Positions 28,965-36,500 of a stretch of DNA of 64,000 nucleotides are shown piece by piece; position 1 is the first letter of the stretch; each line of letters starts with the position of its first letter. The notes under the pieces are model-generated. The model did no database searches. It saw only the letters and a program-made list of their open reading frames with translations, and was not told the DNA's origin. Location of the stretch: NCBI GenBank assembly GCA_963840885.1, contig CAWJAN010000001.1:181356-245355 (forward strand), written 5' to 3'. Both the position numbers and the translations under genes were made by a program. This stretch comes from an uncultured bacterium (GTDB taxonomy: Bacteria > Patescibacteriota > Minisyncoccia > Phycocordibacterales > GWA1-40-21).

Positions 28965-29621
28965 CTAAAAACCGCGTAAAAACAATTTTTTAATAATTTC
29001 TCCCACTAATGACATCAAAAAACTCCAGGCGGTGCAGCTGATAATGGTGCTGACTATGAATATTTTCATGTCCTTGCGTTCTATTTTCCCGAATCTTCCC
29101 TTCCTCATAAAAACAGTGGTCTTGAAAGAATCCTGGAATATCGAAAAGACAAAAAATGTAAAAAATCCTTCATATTTTAAAGCCCATGATATGAATTTGG
29201 AGTTTTTCCCCTTTTCTTTCAGCTCTTCGTATGCCTCGACGCCGAACCAATCTATGCCCATTTTCTGATACCACAGGAAAAACCCCATATTTATAATAAG
29301 AGCGCCTATGGAAGCGACTACCGAGCCCCATAAAACACCGAGTTCAAATTGCAGCCAAATCCAAAATGGAAAATCATAGAGAAAATCTATCGCTTCCATG
29401 ATTCCCCATCCGGCAGCCATAGTGATTATTTTTTTCCAATTTTTGGAAATAACGCAAAGGATAAGGAAAATCGTTGCTGAAAACCACACCGTTTGCTCGC
29501 TAACTAGAGCGATGATAATGGAAGAAACTATAAGCACAAGGAATATTGCGTAAAAAAGTCCGTCTTTCTTGCTCATCTTTTTTTCTTTCTGCATAAAAAA
29601 TCTATTTGGATTTGATATCAT
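28965..29621 (-). CDS. Hypothetical polytopic membrane protein
   Basis: 218 aa with 5-6 hydrophobic helices. No motif recognised. Confidence 0.4.
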   Translation of the reverse strand: MISNPNRFFMQKEKKMSKKDGLFYAIFLVLIVSSIIIALVSEQTVWFSATIFLILCVISKNWKKIITMAAGWGIMEAIDFLYDFPFWIWLQFELGVLWGSVVASIGALIINMGFFLWYQKMGIDWFGVEAYEELKEKGKNSKFISWALKYEGFFTFFVFSIFQDSFKTTVFMRKGRFGKIERKDMKIFIVSTIISCTAWSFLMSLVGEIIKKLFLRGF

Positions 29622-29740
29622 TATAAGTTAGAAAACAAAAAATAAGAAATAGTGTTATAAACTATGATTCATTTACTAATATTTTTTATTATGATAATTT
29701 AGAATAAGCTGTACAAAAAATCCGGAAAAGGAGGCTGAAC

Positions 29741-30010
29741 GTGCCTAAAAAGAATAAGGACAGGGTCGCTCTTCCTTTCCGTGTTGATCCGGATTGGCTG
29801 AAGAAAAAAACATATGTGCCAAACGGCGTAAAAATCGTTTTTACAGGCCGCTTGCCCATAAAATTCATGCAAATGAATATACTCGGCGGAAGCGGTCTTG
29901 AGATGTTTTTCAGGGGTTTTCCATTCACTTTCGAACAGAAAATGGCTGAAGACCTGATTAGAAAAGGCTTTGCCAAAAAGTTTATGGAAAAATCGAAAAG
30001 CCCCGGATGA
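29741..30010 (+). CDS. Hypothetical small protein
   Basis: 89-aa ORF preceded by an AAAGGAGG RBS and followed by a strong terminator. The minus-strand ORF overlapping it (29689-29976) is rejected. Confidence 0.4.
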   Translation: MPKKNKDRVALPFRVDPDWLKKKTYVPNGVKIVFTGRLPIKFMQMNILGGSGLEMFFRGFPFTFEQKMAEDLIRKGFAKKFMEKSKSPG

Positions 30011-30027
30011 ACGGGGCTTTTTTTATA
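29997..30027. terminator. Bidirectional rho-independent terminator
   Basis: aaaagccccg-gatgaa-cggggcttttttt. Confidence 0.75.
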
Positions 30028-30028
30028 T

Positions 30029-30661
30029 TTATTTAAGATAAACTATGATATCGAAAGTGTTTTTAGGATTTCCGCCCGGAACGAAATCGCTAAGCGTAAG
30101 CTTTATTGGCGTTCCTGAGGGAATTCCAAGAGCAACGCTGTTCAGGGAAATTATGGAAGATGCCACGTCCATCGTCGAAGTTGATATTGTTCCGCTTGAG
30201 AAAATGGAAACTGGAATTCCGGAAGGCCTCCATCCTGTTCCGTTCACATCATAAAATACCTGGACGGTTCCGGCTATTTGCTGAGTATCTGTCCATACGC
30301 AAGGGTATTTGCTCTCGCCCGCTATATCAAGAGTCCCTTTTATTGTAAGCGGAAATCCTATGCTGCTTCCGGAAACCGGATATGATACGTGAAGATTGCA
30401 TTTTTGATTGGCTGACTGAGCGGTGTTTGTTGTAGTAGTTGTTTTAACTGGAGCATTTGAACCTGATGTTGTTTTTGTATTTGTTTCAGCAACATTTGTA
30501 GAACTCGCCTGCTGTACGCTCGGAACAGTGTACGAAGCTTTATTACCGCCTGTCAAAAATAAGAGTATCAGAAGTATGACTAAAGCGCCGGCAATTAATA
30601 AATATTTTGCTTGTTTTTGATTAAGTTTTTCCATAGATAATATTATAACTCTCTTTCCCAT
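30029..30661 (-). CDS. Secreted Thr/Ser-rich protein with Gmad2-like Ig-fold domain
   Basis: TM anchor, a Thr-rich linker, then a beta-rich domain with two Cys (CNLHVSYPVSGSS...YPCVWTD...VQVFYDVNG). It is a paralogue-like relative of the 23911-24369 product. Confidence 0.4.
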   Translation of the reverse strand: MGKRVIILSMEKLNQKQAKYLLIAGALVILLILLFLTGGNKASYTVPSVQQASSTNVAETNTKTTSGSNAPVKTTTTTNTAQSANQKCNLHVSYPVSGSSIGFPLTIKGTLDIAGESKYPCVWTDTQQIAGTVQVFYDVNGTGWRPSGIPVSIFSSGTISTSTMDVASSIISLNSVALGIPSGTPIKLTLSDFVPGGNPKNTFDIIVYLK

Positions 30662-30730
30662 TTTTATACAACCAGCTTAAAAATTAATTTAAACCTTGAA
30701 TTTATTGGGCTTTTCAAGTATCCTAGGACG

Positions 30731-30774
30731 TATTGCGGGATCGTCCCTGGCCGGGCAGGCTAATGGTAGGACAC
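30731..30774 (+). repeat. Duplicated 5' fragment of tRNA-Gln (acceptor 5' strand + D-arm) with a 14-nt insertion
   Basis: attGCGGGATCGTC[cctggccgggcagg]CTAATGGTAGGACACA matches tRNA-Gln 31016-31046 (attGCGGGATCGTCTAATGGTAGGACACA), apart from the bracketed insert. It diverges immediately after ACACA. Confidence 0.6.
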
Positions 30775-30775
30775 A

Positions 30776-31034
30776 AATGCAGTATTATTTATATATTTTA
30801 AAAAGTTTGAAAGATAGTAAGCACTACGTTGGCATTACTTCAAATTTAGAAGATAGATTAAAATATCATAATGCAGGCAAAGTTAAATCAACCAAAAGCA
30901 GAAGACCATTCATTATTCTATATATTGAAAAATATAGTAGTAGAATTGAAGCAAGAAAAAGAGAAGTGTATTTGAAAAGTTACAAAGGCAGCAAAGAAAA
31001 ATTGACCTTGATCGAAAATTGCGGGATCGTCTAA
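30776..31034 (+). CDS. GIY-YIG nuclease-family small protein (YhbQ/UPF0213-like)
   Basis: 86 aa from ATG 30776. YYLYILKSLKDSKHYVGITSNLEDRLKYHNAGK...SRRPFIILYIE...REVYLKSYKG is the GIY-YIG/URI fold. The last 5 codons and stop are encoded by the first 15 nt of tRNA-Gln. The ORF-track N-terminal extension back to 30696 would read through the tRNA fragment and is rejected. Confidence 0.68.
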
Positions 31035-31089
31035 TGGTAGGACACATCCCTCTGGAGGATGTTATCTTGGTTCGAGTCCAAGTCCCGCA
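31019..31089 (+). tRNA. tRNA-Gln(CTG)
   Basis: Acceptor UGCGGGA/UCCCGCA with U1-A72 and discriminator G73 (classical tRNA-Gln identity features). Anticodon arm CATCC-CTCTGGA-GGATG gives anticodon CTG. T-loop TTCGAGT. Confidence 0.8.
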
Positions 31090-31110
31090 GCAAAAATGAA
31101 CGCAGTGATT

Positions 31111-31250
31111 TTTTGCTGCGGGAAGAAGCTCTGGGAGAGCTTCTTCTTGGACTCGAAGCCCGATTGAGCATATTTTATGAGTAAAGCGAAATAAAATATC
31201 CAATCGGGATACTGAGTCTGTAAGACTCGAGTCCAAGTCCCGCAGCAAAT
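31111..31250 (+). repeat. tRNA-3'-end-mimicking palindromic element, copy 1 (next to tRNA-Gln)
   Basis: Outer arms tttgctgcggga / tcccgcagcaaa are the complement and a copy of the tRNA-Gln 3' terminus. The hairpin is gaagctctgggagagcttc. Inner arms cttggactcgaa / ctcgagtccaag are the complement and a copy of the tRNA-Gln T-arm. The conserved core is GCCCGATTGAG...CCAATCGGGATACTGAGTCTGTAAGACTCGAG. The same core and architecture occur at 44937-45080. Confidence 0.5.
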
Positions 31251-31344
31251 AATTTTTCCTATAGATCTATGTCGGTAAATAGTATTGTGCAACTAAATAA
31301 AAAGTCCCTCAGTAAATGAAGGACTTGTAATCTTAAAAATCTTT

Positions 31345-31376
31345 TGAGGGGATGAGCTTACGGCTCATCCTCTTTA
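31345..31376 (+). terminator. Putative terminator hairpin
   Basis: ggatgagc-ttac-ggctcatcc followed by tctttattatgttt. It is downstream of the tRNA-Gln/element unit. Confidence 0.4.
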
Positions 31377-31446
31377 TTATGTTTGACATAGTGATTTTAT
31401 CGTGTTAATTTTAAATAGGACGACTTATCGTAAGTTAGGGGGAAAA

Positions 31447-31686
31447 ATGCTATTTTCAAATAAAAGGCATCCTGAACTTGGTCCGGATGAAGTCTGGATA
31501 ACGAACACTGATCTTGAAGGTTTTTCCAAAATTAAATGGAAAACCAAAAGAATGGGAGACTTAGCATATGATTTATACGGCAAGATCATAAACGGATACA
31601 ATGGGTCAAAAGTTTTGCCGGTTTTCGTCAAGAAATCCGAGATTATGCTGAAAAAGCCTCAGCTTCTCAAAGAGCTCGGGATATGA
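31447..31686 (+). CDS. Hypothetical small protein
   Basis: 79 aa from the ATG preceded by AGGGGG. The ORF track offers a longer 94-aa version from 31402. No motif recognised. Confidence 0.35.
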   Translation: MLFSNKRHPELGPDEVWITNTDLEGFSKIKWKTKRMGDLAYDLYGKIINGYNGSKVLPVFVKKSEIMLKKPQLLKELGI

Positions 31687-31690
31687 ATTT

Positions 31691-31729
31691 AAAAGCGCAA
31701 TACATGAAAATATTGCGCTTTTTTTTATT
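31691..31729. terminator. Bidirectional rho-independent terminator
   Basis: aaaagcgcaata-catgaaaa-tattgcgctttttttt. Confidence 0.7.
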
Positions 31730-31733
31730 TAAA

Positions 31734-33101
31734 TCAAAAACCTTTCCAGGTATTTAGAAACCTTTCCCTCTCCTCTTTATTGCGCTCCCTCCAGATAAGC
31801 CATGCTATGAGGAAAAATATGAAAAGCAAGATTATGATTGCGAATAATATTATGAGCAAATCCATATATGGATTGCTGACGGAACTGACATCAAATTTTC
31901 CCTGGCTTGCGAATACCGGCTCATTTTTTGAATTGTATCCGGTTATATAAAATGAATAAAGCGTATCTTTAGGGAAATTCTGTATGACGGCCTGGAATGT
32001 CTTTCCCTTGATATCGTTATTGAAAAGATAAGAGAAGGTCTTGCTGGAATCAGCGGCATCCACTACCGTAAGCACAATTGATTTTATGCCCGCCGGCATT
32101 TTGCTTGCATCCGTAGTTATTATAAGCGGGGTCTTTGCGTCTACCGTTATGGTGCTAGATGATATCTTCAGATTCGAACTTTGCTGCGTAAAAACAAAAC
32201 TTGGATATGAAGTGGTTGAAGATGCTGATGACGTCGTGGAAGCCTGGCCTCCTGCACCAGAAGGAACAGTTGTCGTTCCTGTGCCTGATACCGGATATAT
32301 TGGAAATACCGGAACAGTGGATGAAGGAGATGATATAGGAATTGTGCTTGTCGTTCCGGAAGGTGGCACCAGATAAATCTTGGTTATAAGAGCATTGGAA
32401 AGGTTCCCATTCCTATTGTAAGAAAAGGCGGAATAATAATATGTTTTTCCATATGAAAGATTAAAGTCTATGGCGCTCTCCCCTGTTCCCGAATAAACCA
32501 GGAATCCGTCAACCGGATTTGCAGGAAAGAAAGTATCTGACCTGACTATCTTAACGCTTCCGAAATCCACGCTGTTAGGATTATTCCAGCTAAGCATCGC
32601 ATTATTAAGATTCTGCGTGGCCGTAAAATTTAGAATTGTCGGCGTGACTACTATTCCGCCTACTCCGGCATTTACCGGCGAAGCGGGCGGCGTCGAAGTG
32701 CTTGATGTGGAAATGACGCAGCTGTATGTAGTAAGAAGTTCAAGGCGCACTACAGATGTGGCTCCGCTTCCGCTTAGATTTATCGTCGTAGTCGGGCAAG
32801 ACGGGCTTGAAACCGAATATGAATTTGACCCGGAAATTTTCGTCACTTTGAAATAAACGCCGGATGTAGACGCGACGAATGTGACGTCCGAAGAATTGTC
32901 CAAGGTCACGTCGGCATAATTTGAATTCACGTCTATATTAGTGAATTGGCCTGATGTGGCAAAAATGATGCCTGGTGAGGCGGTATCAGACGTCAAAAAA
33001 GAAAAGTTTGTTGTTCCAGATATCTGAGCATCGTTAACCGCAAGCGCCATAATCGGCGCAAGAAGGAATCCGATTGAAACGATTGATATTTTTTTAAGCA
33101 T
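31734..33101 (-). CDS. Cell-surface Ser/Thr-rich protein with signal peptide and C-terminal TM anchor
   Basis: N-terminal signal MLKKISIVSIGFLLAPIMALA, low-complexity S/T/P-rich regions, and a C-terminal hydrophobic helix plus charged tail (LLIILFAIIILLFIFFLIAWLIWRERNKEERERF). Confidence 0.5.
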   Translation of the reverse strand: MLKKISIVSIGFLLAPIMALAVNDAQISGTTNFSFLTSDTASPGIIFATSGQFTNIDVNSNYADVTLDNSSDVTFVASTSGVYFKVTKISGSNSYSVSSPSCPTTTINLSGSGATSVVRLELLTTYSCVISTSSTSTPPASPVNAGVGGIVVTPTILNFTATQNLNNAMLSWNNPNSVDFGSVKIVRSDTFFPANPVDGFLVYSGTGESAIDFNLSYGKTYYYSAFSYNRNGNLSNALITKIYLVPPSGTTSTIPISSPSSTVPVFPIYPVSGTGTTTVPSGAGGQASTTSSASSTTSYPSFVFTQQSSNLKISSSTITVDAKTPLIITTDASKMPAGIKSIVLTVVDAADSSKTFSYLFNNDIKGKTFQAVIQNFPKDTLYSFYITGYNSKNEPVFASQGKFDVSSVSNPYMDLLIILFAIIILLFIFFLIAWLIWRERNKEERERFLNTWKGF

Positions 33102-33460
33102 TATTTTGAATTGGTTCCGGAAGCATTCAGGATGACGGGATTTGAAACGGGTATTTTCTGTATATTTATTATCTGATTTTTAGCGTAATCGTAAATTATG
33201 GTTATGTCCGGATATATTATCACCCTGTCCCCGTCCTCGGCGTTTGCAAAAAGCGTCGGAGACAATTGTTTTGCGGCATTTATATCTGTGATGACTGCCA
33301 TGCTCGGAGCCGTGTTCTCATTAAGCAGCATGATTGAACCGAGCCTTAAAAGAACTGATGCATCGGATGCCGTAGGCTTATGGGAAAAAGCGTAATAAAG
33401 CCAGATGACCACGAGTATGGTTATGAGCAAGGTCAGGGTTGTTTTGAGATAATTTTTCAT
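33101..33460 (-). CDS. Small membrane-anchored hypothetical protein
   Basis: 119 aa with an N-terminal TM helix. Its start overlaps the downstream gene's stop by 1 nt (translationally coupled). Confidence 0.4.
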   Translation of the reverse strand: MKNYLKTTLTLLITILVVIWLYYAFSHKPTASDASVLLRLGSIMLLNENTAPSMAVITDINAAKQLSPTLFANAEDGDRVIIYPDITIIYDYAKNQIINIQKIPVSNPVILNASGTNSK

Positions 33461-33502
33461 ATTTTTTATTTAGTTACTTAGGCTTCTATCCGAGTAATTT
33501 TA

Positions 33503-36500
33503 TTAATTGGCCATTATACTTGCACCAATTACGTTGCTAGGAGATGCGCCTGTACCAGTACATGTATTCAACATATCTAGCACATCTCCCGCAGAAGCTG
33601 ACACCGTATGCGTTGTATCATGACAAGCGCTCGCACCTGCTGCTATAGTGCATGTAAGTGCCGTGCTTGCTCCATTTAGCCTAAGAACATATACTTCTGA
33701 GTCATTTACCGGAACATTAGAACGAGTTACTACATAAAGTTTGCTCAAAGTTGTAGCCACAGGCAATGGCGTAGGAATAACGCTAGTTTCGGTGCTGCTA
33801 TCATCAGCCGCACCAAAGTAAGTGGCGAATCCTCCTCCCGAACAACTAATGCTGCCATAGTTCTGGGTATTGCCAAATCGAATCATAGAACCAATGCCGA
33901 CTGTATTTCCGGTTCCTCCGTTTGCAATAGGAAGGGTACCGGTAACAGCGCTTGCCGATGCTAGGTTCACTTGGCCAAACGCAAGCGCAGTGCCTCCAGT
34001 ATTAACTACCAAAACTTGATTGGCCGTGCCCTGTATAGAAGCATTGTCTGCTGTAGCGTTTCCTGTAACCCCAAGAACGGATCTCGCGGAACCCTGTGTA
34101 AGATTAGCAAACGGAAGACGTCCAGTTACTCCATTTGCAAGATTTATTTGCGCCCATGCCGGATTATTAGAAGTGCCCGTATTAGAAAGATAACTTGTTG
34201 CGGATGTATTTTTTGCTAATGCCGAAATTGTATTTGCCGCCGAACCGTAAAGGATATCGCCTTGCGATGCTGCATTCGGAAGCACGAGCGTTGACCATGC
34301 AGGCGCTGTTCCCGCTCCGCCGGAACGCAAGAATGAACCGGCCGTAACATCTATTAGTTTTGAAAGCGTTGTTGCAGCACTTGCATAAAGAATATCGCCG
34401 GTTGTATAAGTTGTTTGTCCTGTTCCTCCGTTTGCCGCTATCAAACTTCCGCCGGAAAGTGAAAGTGTTCCTGATGTTGTAATAGGTGTGCCGGTAAACG
34501 TAAGGCCGATAGTCGAAGATGCAGCAACGCTTGTAACTGTTCCTCCAGCAGAGCTAGAAGTAGAAATAACATTTCCATTTGCATCTACTCCGAGAAAAGA
34601 GTTCGCTAGATTTAAAATTTTTAAACCGTTTGTAGTTGTAGTGCCTGTTACAGAAAGAGCTGTATTCGGAGTGGATGTGCCTATTCCTACATTACCATTC
34701 AAAAGCTCGATATTTCCTGAATTATCAAGAAGGATTTTTTCATTGCTCGATGTAGATGTTCCGCCTTGGAATAATGCGACTGAAGTCGAAGACTGCCTTG
34801 ATGCGATTACAAATTGATTGGTGAAGAAAGTTGCGGATGGATTTCCATATTGGAAAGATGCCGATAGAGTGCCATTCGAATCATACATATTCATACCAGC
34901 ATACGAGGTGTTTAAAGTTGATTGATTCCTTATTGTCGCATCCCCGGAAGAAGCTATTGTGAGAGGAGCTGCGGTTATAGTGCTCGTACCAATACTGACA
35001 TTTCCTCCGGCTGCGTAATAAATATTATTTCCGGATGTCGTCCACTGGGATGAGGTAATACCGAGCGTTGAAGTTGACATCCATGCCAAGCCATCCGTTG
35101 CCGTGGAACTCGCCGCAAGAATCTGTCCATCTGAACCTATACCCAGACGGACATTGTTTGATCCGTCGCTTGAAATCAAGTCTCCTTTTGTTGTTATTGG
35201 AGAAAGGCTATTGAAAGCCGAAGTAGCCGTGGTTTGGCCCGTGCCGCCCTGGCTGATTCCGACCGTTCCCGTTGAAGTGAGATTTTTTGAACTGTCAGTG
35301 AAAATAGCTGCTGATGCGGCAAGACCTGGATAATTGGCGGTGCCGCTTATTGTTGTCGTTATACCTGATCTGCCTATGGAAACTGAAGTCGATGTTGATG
35401 CTCCGAGGTTTAATGCTCCCGCGGAATAAATATTGAGCGAACCTGCGCCGGTGGACCAAGTCGATGTCGCCCCGCCGGTGAGCGTCAATGCTCCCCCGGA
35501 AGTAAAACTGGAAGCTCCAGTAGGAGTTAACAACACTGATCCTGCACCTGAAGCGGTAAAATTTCCTGATGTAAGGGTCAAGGCAATATTTGTAGAAGCG
35601 GCTGTAGTGATTGACGAGCCTCCGTCATAAGCGCTTTGCAATGTCGGCGAAGATATCGATGACCATTTTATGCCGCTTGCTTGGGTTGAATCAACGGTTA
35701 AAACCTGTCCATTGGTTCCAGAAACCGGCAATCTTATATTATTTGTTCCATTATGAACTATGATATCGCCTTTTGTCGTAAGCGGAGACAATGCATTAAA
35801 TCCTGCTGTCTGTGTTGTCTGACCTGTGCCGCCATTTGTAATTCCCAAAGTTCCAGACAGAGTCAATGTTCCAGAATCCGTAATCGGGCTTCCGGAGAAT
35901 GAGAGTCCGGACAATGTCGTTGAAGCTGCAACGCTTGTCACTGTTCCTGAATTTCCATCTGCCCAGGCAAGGCCGGTTGAAGCACCTGAGCTTGCAATGA
36001 GAAATTGTCCGTTTGAACCGACACTGAGTTTCACATTATCTGAACCATCACTTGAAATTATGTCGCCTTTCGCAGTAATCGGAGACAAATTATTAAATGC
36101 GGTCGTGGTTGCCGCAGCTCCGGTTCCGCCATTTGCAACATTTAATGTTCCTGTAAGGACTAAAGTTCCTGAAGTTGAAACTGGTCCGCCAGTAAATGTA
36201 AATCCTGTAGTTCCCCCTGATGCATCAACACTCATTACAGTTCCGTTGTCTTCATCATCTCCCCAATCAAAGCCGGTCGGTGAAGTTGAAGAGGCACGTA
36301 AAAATAAGCCATCAGTACCGGTTGCAAGAGCTGTAATTGTATCCGGAGAGGACCAGTAAGCCAGAGTATTTGTTGCTCCGGATCCTGAATTAACTATAAA
36401 TGTTGAAGATGCATATGAGAAAGAAGGAAAGGCGGATGAAGCGTAAGTGAAAGACGGATATGTCGAGGTTGCATCTGCGATTGAGAGATATGTCGCTGCG

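Noticed and set aside
29689-29976. 95-aa minus-strand ORF antisense to the small + ORF 29741-30010
   Set aside because: The + ORF has a strong GGAGG RBS and a downstream terminator. The antisense ORF has neither and runs through the promoter region.
30696-30775. N-terminal extension of the GIY-YIG ORF (track start 30696)
   Set aside because: The extension reads through the duplicated tRNA-Gln fragment. The conserved GIY-YIG fold begins exactly at the internal ATG 30776 (MQYYLYIL).
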